A DNA stretch of 64,000 bases, from assembly GCA_965214705.1 (NCBI GenBank), contig CBDCCI010000002.1:1184001-1248000 (forward strand), in the 5' to 3' direction. Position 1 is the stretch's first letter. Every line of letters starts with the position of its first letter. A model generated the notes under the pieces. The model was not told where the DNA came from, searched no databases, and was given only the letters and a program-made list of their open reading frames with translations. A program made the translations under genes and the position numbers. Shown here one piece after another: positions 55,891 through 64,000 of the stretch. The stretch is from Alphaproteobacteria bacterium. GTDB lineage: Bacteria > Pseudomonadota > Alphaproteobacteria > UBA828.

Positions 55891-57060
55891 ATGACCTACG
55901 ATCCCCGTACTGCCACCGGAATTCCGACTGAGCCCGTGGGCTCGCTGCCCCGCCCGTCCAAGCTTCAGGCCGCCTACGCCGCCTACGATGCGGGCGACAT
56001 TTCGAAAGCCGATCTCGAGGCCGAGCAGGAGGAGGCGGTGCGCGATTCGATTTCGCGCATGGAGGCCGCCGGCTCACCCATCGTCTCCGACGGCGAGCAA
56101 CGCTGGTCCAGCTTCGCCACCTATCCGATCACCGACACGCTCGCGGGAACGGGCCTCGCCGACCATCTTGCGGGCGGCGGCCAGTACTTCGCCATCTTCG
56201 CCGATGGCCACCATCGCCAGCTGCCGCGGCTCACCGGCGGCCCGTTCCGCTACAAGAGCTTCGCGGCCGATTCTCTCAAGCTCTCGATCAAGTCCGCGAC
56301 CAAGCCGATGAAGCAGGCGGTCATCGCGCCCTCGATGCTGGCGCTGCTCTACCCCCTCGACGAGGAGATCGAAGGCTACTCGCGCGAGGCGTTCGAGGCC
56401 GACCTGATCGACGAGTGCGAGAAGGACGTGCGCGAGGCCTTTGCCGTCGGCGCGGTGCGCGTCTCCATCGACTTCACCGAAGGCCGGCTCTCCTGCCGCA
56501 ACGATTCGCGCAATCCCTGGACCGGCCGCCAGATGCTCCCGCACTTCATCGAGCTCATCAACGGCGTGCTCGACCGCTTCACGGCTGAGGAGCGGGTGAA
56601 CATCGGCATCCACACCTGCCCCGGCGGTGACTGCGATTCCGTGCACAGCGCCGACGTGCCCTACAACGACCTGCTGCCCAGCATGTTCCAGCTCAACGCC
56701 GGTTACTTCATGATCCAGTTCAAGAGCGAGCGGAACCAGGAGCAGGTCTACAAGGACATCGCGGCGAGCATCCGCACCGACGCCAACGGCGTCACGCAGA
56801 TGGCCTACATCGGCGTCATCAACCCGCAGAACCCGCGGGTCGAATCGCCCGAGGAGGTGTGCGAGCAGCTGATCGCGGCGGCCAATCACCTGCCGAAGGA
56901 GCAGATCGCGTCCACCGACGATTGCGGCTTCTCGCCCTTCAGCATCGACGTGAAGCCCAACCACGGCTCGCCCGATTACGCCCGCGACGTGGCGTTCCAG
57001 AAGATCGAGTCCCGCATCAAGGGAACGCAGATGGCGGCCGAGAAGCTCCGCATTCACTAA
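55891..57060 (+). CDS. Cobalamin-independent methionine synthase II family protein (single catalytic domain)
   Basis: VGSLPRP, SDGEQ, IHTCPGG and DDCGF zinc ligands, GVINP...VESPE; 389 aa, no N-terminal folate domain. Confidence 0.88.
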   Translation: MTYDPRTATGIPTEPVGSLPRPSKLQAAYAAYDAGDISKADLEAEQEEAVRDSISRMEAAGSPIVSDGEQRWSSFATYPITDTLAGTGLADHLAGGGQYFAIFADGHHRQLPRLTGGPFRYKSFAADSLKLSIKSATKPMKQAVIAPSMLALLYPLDEEIEGYSREAFEADLIDECEKDVREAFAVGAVRVSIDFTEGRLSCRNDSRNPWTGRQMLPHFIELINGVLDRFTAEERVNIGIHTCPGGDCDSVHSADVPYNDLLPSMFQLNAGYFMIQFKSERNQEQVYKDIAASIRTDANGVTQMAYIGVINPQNPRVESPEEVCEQLIAAANHLPKEQIASTDDCGFSPFSIDVKPNHGSPDYARDVAFQKIESRIKGTQMAAEKLRIH

Positions 57061-57133
57061 GCGACGACGTGCGGCCGGTCCGAGACGGGCCGGCCGCGCG
57101 TTTCTCCTACGGCCATGCCGCGGTGACGGCCTC

Positions 57134-57310
57134 GTGACGCGCTATCAGTGCCGCTGGTGCGGCTACGTCTACGATCCCGCCAGGGGCGAGGCGCAGCGCG
57201 AGACGCCGCCGGGCACGCCGTTCGCGGACCTGCCGGATGACTGGTGCTGCCCCGACTGCCGCGCGCCCAAGGCCGATTTCGATCCGGTGGAGGAGGGCGA
57301 AGCCGCCTGA
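57134..57310 (+). CDS. Rubredoxin
   Basis: GTG start; MTRYQCRWCGYVYDPARGEAQRETPPGTPFADLPDDWCCPDCRAPKADF, two CxxC motifs. At 58 aa it is absent from the ORF track. Confidence 0.92.
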   Translation: MTRYQCRWCGYVYDPARGEAQRETPPGTPFADLPDDWCCPDCRAPKADFDPVEEGEAA

Positions 57311-57349
57311 CGACGGGCCCGCGAGGTGCCTCTCGGTCGTCTGACCGCT

Positions 57350-58444
57350 TCACTCCGCAAGCGAGATGTCGACGGCGCCCTCGACCAGGTAGTCCATCCC
57401 CCACAGCTCTCGGTCGGAGGGAACCTTGCCTTCCGGCACCGCGAGCGTGCCGTTGTTGCGGTAGAGCGGCCCCTCGAAGGGATCGAGCTCGCCCGCGATC
57501 ATCTTGGCGCGCGCCCGCTCGACGTCCGCCACCGCCGCGCGCGGCACCCACGCGGCGATGGGCTCCAACTCGAAGACACCGGTCTCGATGCCCCTCCACC
57601 AATTCGGCCTCTCGGGAGTCCAGGTGCCTTTGACGATCGCTCGAATCGTGGGAATCAGGTACGCCTCCCACGTGTAGATCATCGAGGCCGCGACGCCCTT
57701 CGGCGCCTCCTCGGACATGTCGATCTGAAAGCCGATCGACCACTTGCCGCGATCCTCGAAAGCGCGGTGCGGCCCCGGTGCGCTCAGGTTCGAACCCAGC
57801 ACGTCGACTCCCTGCGCCATCAGGCTCTCGGCCGCCTGCGTTTCCTTGCTCGGGTCGAACCAGGTGTTGACGTAGATGCCGATCATCTCGACGGCGGGAT
57901 TGACCGACTGGGCCCCGCGCAAGAAGGCGTTGAGGTCCCAGGTCACGGGGCCCAGCCGATAGCCGCCGAGGGCGCCGATCTTCTCGGTTCGGGTCAGGTG
58001 GCCGGCGATGATCCCCGCCAGGTACCAGCCCTGATACGTGCGGGCATAGAAGCTCTCCAGATTGGGCGCCGTGGTCGCACCGGCGCAGTTCAGGAAGGCC
58101 ACGTCGGGGTATCTGCGCGCGGCCTCGCGCAAGGCGTCGCTGTGGCCCCAGGAGGTGCCGATGATGATGTTGTAGCCCTCGCGCACGTAGCGGTCGACGA
58201 GCTGCAGGATGACCGCCCACTCCTCGGGCACCCGCTGGCTGACGGCGATCTTGAGCCCGAGCGCCTCCTCGGTCTTGACCCGCGCGCGGTCGAGCGCCTC
58301 CGACCAGCCGCCGTCGTCGACGGTGCCGAGATGGAGCATCGCGGCCTTGGGCCTGCCTTCCAGCTTGAATGCCGCCTGCGTCGCGGAAAGGGGGAGCAAG
58401 CTGGCTGCGAGCAGCGCGATGACACCGAAGATCAGTCCACGCAT
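57350..58444 (-). CDS. BMP family ABC substrate-binding protein
   Basis: Signal peptide, D.GW, IIGTS.G, YLAGIIAG, NAF.RG, WFDP.KE..AA..L..QG.D. Confidence 0.9.
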   Translation of the reverse strand: MRGLIFGVIALLAASLLPLSATQAAFKLEGRPKAAMLHLGTVDDGGWSEALDRARVKTEEALGLKIAVSQRVPEEWAVILQLVDRYVREGYNIIIGTSWGHSDALREAARRYPDVAFLNCAGATTAPNLESFYARTYQGWYLAGIIAGHLTRTEKIGALGGYRLGPVTWDLNAFLRGAQSVNPAVEMIGIYVNTWFDPSKETQAAESLMAQGVDVLGSNLSAPGPHRAFEDRGKWSIGFQIDMSEEAPKGVAASMIYTWEAYLIPTIRAIVKGTWTPERPNWWRGIETGVFELEPIAAWVPRAAVADVERARAKMIAGELDPFEGPLYRNNGTLAVPEGKVPSDRELWGMDYLVEGAVDISLAE

Positions 58445-58564
58445 GACCGGATCATGCCGCTCGATTGCCTCAGCGGGTCAAGTATGGCGCCTCCAAACGC
58501 CTCCTGCACCTGGGAAGGGTCGTCTTGTCGGCGAATCACACGCGATTGTTACGCCATCCACCCG

Positions 58565-59374
58565 TCACTCCGCCTCGACGACGAGGCGCTGGGCGAAGGC
58601 ATCGCCATCGTCGAAGCCGCCGAAGCGCGCGATCTCCTCCTCCGGCGGTGCCTCGCAGGACCACATGCGGCTCGGCACCCAGCCGCACTGGCGCTTGAGG
58701 TTCGCGGCGTACTCGGCGCGCTTCATCGCCGCGATGGAGGGATCGATGACGGGGACACCGACCGCCCTTTCCACCTCGCGGTAGAAGCCGATCTCCAGCG
58801 TACAGCCGAGGATCAGAGCCTCGGCGTAGTCCTCCTCCACCGCCTTGCGCCCCGCCGCGACCAGCCGGCGCTCGGTCTCCGCGTGATCGGTCTGGAAGTC
58901 GTTGACCCCGAGCTCGACGTGGTAGAAGCCCGAGAGACGTTCGCCGTAGCCGTGCTCGCGCGCGACCGCGTTCATCTGGTTCACCCACTTGCGGCGGCCC
59001 ACGATGATGCCGAAACGGTTGGCGAGGCTCGCCGCGATCTCGCAAGAGGCGAGGCACGGCGCGGTCACGATCATCTCGCCCGAAATCTCGCGGGCATCGT
59101 GCAGCCCAGTGTCGTAGAAGCAGCCGATGGCGAGCGCGTCGAAGTCCTCGCGCGCCGCCTGCCGCGTCGCCTGGATGATGCCGCGCGAGACGATGGTCTC
59201 GTAGGAGCGGTACTCGATATGGGTGAAGCTGCCGCCCGGATCCGCAAGGCAGGTGATGTGCACCTCCGTGCCGGGCTGCTTGTAGGTGCGTGCCATGTCG
59301 GCGAACACTTCATCGTAGGCGTCGGTGCCGACCGGGTTCAGGTACATCAGCTTGAGGGGGGCGTTGGCTTTCAT
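58565..59374 (-). CDS. Asp/Glu/hydantoin racemase family protein
   Basis: Start MKANAPLK with RBS GGGAGG; LNP, IGCFYDTGL, ILGCT, PVIDP two-cysteine racemase motifs. Confidence 0.9.
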   Translation of the reverse strand: MKANAPLKLMYLNPVGTDAYDEVFADMARTYKQPGTEVHITCLADPGGSFTHIEYRSYETIVSRGIIQATRQAAREDFDALAIGCFYDTGLHDAREISGEMIVTAPCLASCEIAASLANRFGIIVGRRKWVNQMNAVAREHGYGERLSGFYHVELGVNDFQTDHAETERRLVAAGRKAVEEDYAEALILGCTLEIGFYREVERAVGVPVIDPSIAAMKRAEYAANLKRQCGWVPSRMWSCEAPPEEEIARFGGFDDGDAFAQRLVVEAE

Positions 59375-59409
59375 GCGGTCCTCCCGTTGTCTGAAACGAT
59401 TGTCTCGAA

Positions 59410-61077
59410 TTACTCGATGGTTACGCCGTAGACCTCCCGCGCGCGCTCGGCGCTGATGAGGCCGTTCCGCACGTCGCGGCGCACGCGCGCGGGGTCGCGC
59501 TGCTTCGGATCGCCGAAGCCGCCGCCGTTGCCGGTCACCACGCGGATCACGTCGTCCCGCTGCGTCTTGAGGCCGGAGACGAAGGCGAAGCGCTGGCGCT
59601 CGCCCTCGCTCGGAATGAACTCGACGTAGTTGGGCGAGCCCTCGTTGCCGCCGTCGAGCGCCCAGGCGGGGAACTTGGAGCGCGTGTAGCCCACGGTCAG
59701 GAACCCGTCGTTGGCGCGCACCCGGTAATCCATGACGATGCCGCGCCCGCCGGTGTACTGGCCCTCGCCGCCGGGCTCCAGGTTGAGCGCCATCTGGTCC
59801 ACGTAGAGCCCGTTGCGGGCTTCGTTGACCTCCGCCGGGCAGTTGAAGGTCTCGCCGTGGAAGCCGCAGAACATCGCGTTGTTGCCGTCGCGCCCCTCGC
59901 GGCCGCCCCAGCCGCCTAGCTGCGGCTCGATGATGGTGTACTGGCGGCCGGTATCGGGGTGGATGCCGCCGATGAAGGTGCCGCACACCGAGGCGAAGTG
60001 CCCCGCCGCCAGGCGCTCCGGCATGTGCTGGGCGAGGCAGCGCCACATCAGGTCGTAGGCGCGCAGGTCGATCTCGTAATAAAAGCCGATGGGCGCGGGC
60101 TCCTCCGCGTGAAACACCGAGCCCTCCCGCGTCAGCAGGCGGATCGGGCGGAACGAGCCGGCGTTGCACGGCGAATAGGGGTCGGTCAGCGACTTGAAGA
60201 TCATCTGCGCGGCCACCATCACCCCGTCCCGGCTGGTGTTGACGGGGTTGGTCGCCTGGTCGGGGTTGTCCCTCAGATCGACCACGAACTCCTCGTCCCG
60301 GATGGCGATCTCGACGTTGTAAACCTGGCCGTCGTCCTGCTCCTCTGCGAGCGAGAAGGTGCCCTTGGGCAGCGTCGCGAGCGCCGCGCGGGAGACCCGC
60401 TCGCCGTATTCCATGAAGGCCGTCATCGCCTGCTCGAAGGTGGCGGCGCCGAATTTCTCGGCGATCTCCGAGAGCCGCGCGGTGCCGATGCGGACCGACG
60501 CGATCGCCGCCCAGACGTCGCCTTCGAGCACGTCCGGCATGCGCGAGTTGACCTTGATGATCTCGAACACCGGCCGGATCGGCTCGCCCCCGGAGATCAT
60601 CTTGATGGCCGGCAGCCTCAGCCCTTCCTGAAAGATCTCCGTCGCCTCGCCGGTGAGTGAGCCCGGCGCCATGCCGCCCACGTCCGAGTTGTGCGCGATG
60701 TTCGAGGTCCAGGCGATGATCCGGCCGTCGGCGAAGACCGGCATCGCCACTACGATGTCGTTCAGGTGCGTCACCCCGCCGTAGTAGGGGTCGTTGGTGA
60801 CGAAGACGTCGCCGGGCTCGATGGCGCCGGGCTCGCTGAACTTCTCCACGATCACCGCCACCGCCTTGTCGAGCACGCCGACGAAGGCCGGGATGCCAGC
60901 GCCGGAGCAGGCGATCTCGCCCCTGGCGTCGGTAATCCCGGTGCCCATGTCGAGCACCTCGTAGATGATCGAGCTCATCGCCGTCTTCCTCATGGCGGCG
61001 AACATCTCGTCGGCCGCGCTCTGCAGCGAGTTCTGGATGATCTCGAGGGTGATCGGATCGTTTGTCATCGTGTTCAT
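59410..61077 (-). CDS. Hydantoinase B / 5-oxoprolinase family subunit
   Basis: DPITLEII, NDPYYGG.THLND, H.SDVGG..PGS, IFQEG, GGWGG, GGGGFGDP. Confidence 0.93.
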   Translation of the reverse strand: MNTMTNDPITLEIIQNSLQSAADEMFAAMRKTAMSSIIYEVLDMGTGITDARGEIACSGAGIPAFVGVLDKAVAVIVEKFSEPGAIEPGDVFVTNDPYYGGVTHLNDIVVAMPVFADGRIIAWTSNIAHNSDVGGMAPGSLTGEATEIFQEGLRLPAIKMISGGEPIRPVFEIIKVNSRMPDVLEGDVWAAIASVRIGTARLSEIAEKFGAATFEQAMTAFMEYGERVSRAALATLPKGTFSLAEEQDDGQVYNVEIAIRDEEFVVDLRDNPDQATNPVNTSRDGVMVAAQMIFKSLTDPYSPCNAGSFRPIRLLTREGSVFHAEEPAPIGFYYEIDLRAYDLMWRCLAQHMPERLAAGHFASVCGTFIGGIHPDTGRQYTIIEPQLGGWGGREGRDGNNAMFCGFHGETFNCPAEVNEARNGLYVDQMALNLEPGGEGQYTGGRGIVMDYRVRANDGFLTVGYTRSKFPAWALDGGNEGSPNYVEFIPSEGERQRFAFVSGLKTQRDDVIRVVTGNGGGFGDPKQRDPARVRRDVRNGLISAERAREVYGVTIE

Positions 61078-61096
61078 CGTGCTGCCGCCGTCTCGC

Positions 61097-63169
61097 TCAG
61101 TTGCGGATATGAATGCGAATGTTGCCAAAGTCATCGACCTCGGCGTGGTTGCCGGGATGGACCACCACGGTCGTCCCCGGATCCTCGACGATGGCCGGTC
61201 CGTCGAAGGCCATGCCGGGCTCCAGCCTCTCGCCGTCGTAGATGGCCGCCTCGCGCACCCCTTCCAGCGCGTAATCGACGGGGCGGCTTCCCTTCCGCGC
61301 CTCGTCGAGCGCCCGTCCCGTCACCTCGCGCCGCGTCATGGTGAGCTTGCCGATCTCCACCCTGGCGACGACGTGGAAGCCCACCATCTCCACCGGTGCA
61401 TCCAGCCGGTAAGTGTATTCGCGCTCGTAGGTCTCGTGGAAGTCGGCCTCGATGGCGGCGACGCGCGCGGCCGTCACCGGGTCCGTGCCCAACGGCACCT
61501 CGGTGGTGTGCTCCTGGTTCTGGTAGCGGAACCGGCCGAAGCGCGAGAGCCGCACCGCGCCGGCATCGACGCCTTCGGCCGCGAAGCGGTTGCGGGCGCG
61601 CGCCTCGGTCTCGGCGAACGCGGCCTCGATGGCGTCCGCGTGGTCGGCGTCGAGATCGACCAGCAACGTGACCACGTCGTCGCGGCGCAGGTCGGACATC
61701 ATCATGCCCCAGGCGGAGAACACCGAGGCATCGGCCGGCACCACCACCTTGGTCACGCCGAGCTCCTGCGCCAACGCCACCGCGTGCATCGCGCCGCCGC
61801 CGCCGAAGGCGATCAGGGTGAAGTCGCGCGGATCGAAGCCCCGGTTGACCGAGACCAGCTTGAGCGCGTTGACCATGTTGTTGTTGGCGATGCGCACGAT
61901 GCCGCGGGCGGCCTCGTCGGCGTCCACGCCGAGCTTAGCGCCCACCGCTTCGATGGCCTTCTGCACCGCGTCCATGTCGGCCTCCACCGACCCGCCGCAG
62001 AAGTAGTCGCGGTTGATGCGGCCGAGCCAGAGGTTGGCGTCGGTCGTGGTCGCTTCCGTTCCGCCGCGCCCATAGGCCGCCGGGCCCGGCATGGCGCCTG
62101 CGGAGCGCGGGCCTACGCGCAGCTTGCCGAAGTCGTCGACCCAGGCGATGGAGCCGCCGCCGTTGCCGATCTCCACCAGATCGACCACTGGCACCATGAT
62201 CGGATAGCCGGCCGTGGCGCGGCTCCGTCCGATCCAGTAGTCGGTCTTGATGCGCACGCGCGCGTCCTCGATCAGCGAGCACTTGGCGGTGGTGCCGCCG
62301 ATGTCGAGCGCGAGCACGTTGGGCTCGCCGATCAACCGGCCCAGCTCGGCCGCGCCCCAGACGCCCGACGCCGGCCCCGATTCCACCATGGTGATCGGGA
62401 TGCGCGAGACCGTGTCCACGGAATCGACGCCGCAGTTGGACTGCATGATGTAGAGCCCACCGGCGAAATCGCGCTCCGCAAGGCCGGCGTCGAGGCGCTG
62501 CAGATAGCGCTCGGCCACCGGCTGCACGTAGGCCGAGAGCACGGCGGTGCTGGTGCGCTCGTATTCGCGCCACTCACGCGTGATCTGGTGGGAGGAGATG
62601 GCGGAGACCTCCGGCCAGAGCCGCTCGATCTCCGCAAGCGCCGCCTGCTCGTGCGCAGGATTGGCGTAGGCGTGGATGAAGCAGACCGCGACCGCCTCCA
62701 CGCCCTCCGCCCGGAAGTCGGCAACGATCTCCGGCAGGGGGCTGAGGTCGAGGGGCTGCATCTCCCGCCCGTGGTAATCCATCCGGCCCGGCAGCTCGCG
62801 GCGCAGGCTGCGCGGCACGAAGGGCTCGGGCTTCTGATAGTGCAGGTTGAAGAAGTCGGGCCGGTTGCCGCGCGCAATCTCCAGCGTGTCGCGGAACCCC
62901 TGCGTGGTGATGAGCCCGACCTTGACGCCGGTGCGCTCGGTCAGCGCGTTGATGACCACCGTCGTCCCGTGGGCGAGAAAGTCGACTGCGTCCGCAGCGA
63001 CGCCCCCCTTGGCCATCACGTCGAACACGCCCTCCTCGTAGCCGCTAGGGGTGGTGTCGGTCTTGGCGCTGCGGACAGTCGACGTGCCATTGGCGTCGTC
63101 GGATTCGAGAACCAGAAGATCGGTGAACGTGCCGCCGACATCGGTGGCGACGCGGATGGTCTTGGTCAT
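61097..63169 (-). CDS. Hydantoinase A / 5-oxoprolinase family subunit
   Basis: DVGGTFTD, HGTT..INAL, REYERTST, ESGPASG, DIGGTT, GNGGGS, FGGGG..HA. Confidence 0.94.
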   Translation of the reverse strand: MTKTIRVATDVGGTFTDLLVLESDDANGTSTVRSAKTDTTPSGYEEGVFDVMAKGGVAADAVDFLAHGTTVVINALTERTGVKVGLITTQGFRDTLEIARGNRPDFFNLHYQKPEPFVPRSLRRELPGRMDYHGREMQPLDLSPLPEIVADFRAEGVEAVAVCFIHAYANPAHEQAALAEIERLWPEVSAISSHQITREWREYERTSTAVLSAYVQPVAERYLQRLDAGLAERDFAGGLYIMQSNCGVDSVDTVSRIPITMVESGPASGVWGAAELGRLIGEPNVLALDIGGTTAKCSLIEDARVRIKTDYWIGRSRATAGYPIMVPVVDLVEIGNGGGSIAWVDDFGKLRVGPRSAGAMPGPAAYGRGGTEATTTDANLWLGRINRDYFCGGSVEADMDAVQKAIEAVGAKLGVDADEAARGIVRIANNNMVNALKLVSVNRGFDPRDFTLIAFGGGGAMHAVALAQELGVTKVVVPADASVFSAWGMMMSDLRRDDVVTLLVDLDADHADAIEAAFAETEARARNRFAAEGVDAGAVRLSRFGRFRYQNQEHTTEVPLGTDPVTAARVAAIEADFHETYEREYTYRLDAPVEMVGFHVVARVEIGKLTMTRREVTGRALDEARKGSRPVDYALEGVREAAIYDGERLEPGMAFDGPAIVEDPGTTVVVHPGNHAEVDDFGNIRIHIRN

Positions 63170-63227
63170 TAGCGAACTTCCTCGGTGGATGGGACAGCAA
63201 GAGACGGTCGGCGGGAGTTCGGCGGGT

Positions 63228-64000
63228 TCATGCGCCGAGCCCTCCTTCTGCGAGGCGGTCGCGGACCATCTCCTCCTCGCGGGAGACCACCGGCACGGCG
63301 CTGATGAGGCGCCGCGTGTAGGGGTGCTCGGGTTCTGCGAACAGCGCCTCCGTCACGCCGATCTCCAGCAGGCGGCCCTTCTCGAACACCGCGACGCGAT
63401 CGGCGAAGTTGCGCACCACCGAGAGGTCGTGGGTGATGAAGAGGTAGGTGAGCCCGCGCCGCGGCTTCAGCTCCTCCAGCAGCCGCAGCACGCGCGCCTG
63501 CACTAGCACGTCGAGCGAGGAGGTGGGCTCGTCGAGCACCACCAGCTCCGAGCGGCAGGCCAGCGCGCGGGCGACCGCGACCCGCTGCCGCTGCCCGCCG
63601 GAAAGCGCTGCGGGATAGCGCCGGGCGAAGTCGCTGGGCAGGCCCACCTCCTCCAGCAGCGTCGCCACGATCTCCGGCCGCTCGCGCCGCTCGCCGATGC
63701 GGTGCACGTCCAGCGCAAGGCGTAGCGAGGCGCCCACGGTGCGCTTCGGGTTGAGGGTGGAAAGCGGGTTCTGCTGCACCAGCTGGATGGCGCGCCGGTG
63801 CTCCCGGCGGCGCCGGGAGGGCAAGGGCTCTCCGTGCATCAGGATGGCGCCGGCGGTCGGCGGATAGACGCCGAGAATGAGGTTGGCGACCGTAGTCTTG
63901 CCGGCACCGGATTCGCCCACGATGGCGAGACACTCGCCCTCCCGGACATCGAACGAGACATCGAGCAGGGCAGGGACCTCGCGGTCCTCCAGCCGGAACA
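63228..64000 (-). CDS. Oligopeptide/dipeptide ABC transporter ATP-binding protein, 5'-truncated by window edge
   Basis: IVGESGAGKTT, LSGGQRQR, LDEPTSSLD, FITHDL, HPYT..L; frame open to the window end. Confidence 0.92.
   Translation of the reverse strand, partial: FRLEDREVPALLDVSFDVREGECLAIVGESGAGKTTVANLILGVYPPTAGAILMHGEPLPSRRRREHRRAIQLVQQNPLSTLNPKRTVGASLRLALDVHRIGERRERPEIVATLLEEVGLPSDFARRYPAALSGGQRQRVAVARALACRSELVVLDEPTSSLDVLVQARVLRLLEELKPRRGLTYLFITHDLSVVRNFADRVAVFEKGRLLEIGVTEALFAEPEHPYTRRLISAVPVVSREEEMVRDRLAEGGLGA

Overview
GC-rich bacterial chromosomal segment, probably alphaproteobacterial, though this is inferred only from gene content. It is dominated by small-molecule catabolism and accessory metabolism genes. 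In order along the window: sugar-type ABC transporter parts; a PhyH dioxygenase, SDR and crotonase; a split-beta cobalt nitrile/thiocyanate hydrolase flanked by two D-aminoacylase-like amidohydrolases; and a circularly permuted ATP-grasp/alpha-E/transglutaminase operon. An IS1634-type element with 17-bp terminal inverted repeats and a TAGA target duplication is inserted into a sterol-desaturase-family gene downstream of a DUF4856 gene with Fur-like boxes. A GlxA/GbdR-type regulator precedes a corrinoid methyltransferase cluster (corrinoid protein, DUF1638, MeTHF methyltransferase, RACo, non-pyrrolysine MttB). Next come kynureninase, an archaeal-looking purM, a 10-gene Mrp/Mnh antiporter operon, Cox/Xdh Moco accessory genes, phnW and pyc. 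A RelB/RelE toxin-antitoxin islet is bracketed by a duplicated pyc 3' end. The window ends with a single-domain MetE, a rubredoxin and a hydantoinase/racemase/ABC cluster. The most striking observation is an orphan, apparently intact Mu-like terminase plus portal pair with no other phage genes. Each gene is preceded by the same 57-nt promoter-like architecture: a CGCACC-NN-GGTGCG palindrome, a -10-like hexamer and an ATG at identical spacing. This suggests a domesticated, dispersed DNA-packaging regulon. Also seen: a 112-bp multi-hairpin repeat with compensatory changes, a glutamine-synthetase C-terminal relic, an ArgR/GbdR-type direct-repeat operator, an apparent ATA start codon and two single-base frameshifts.
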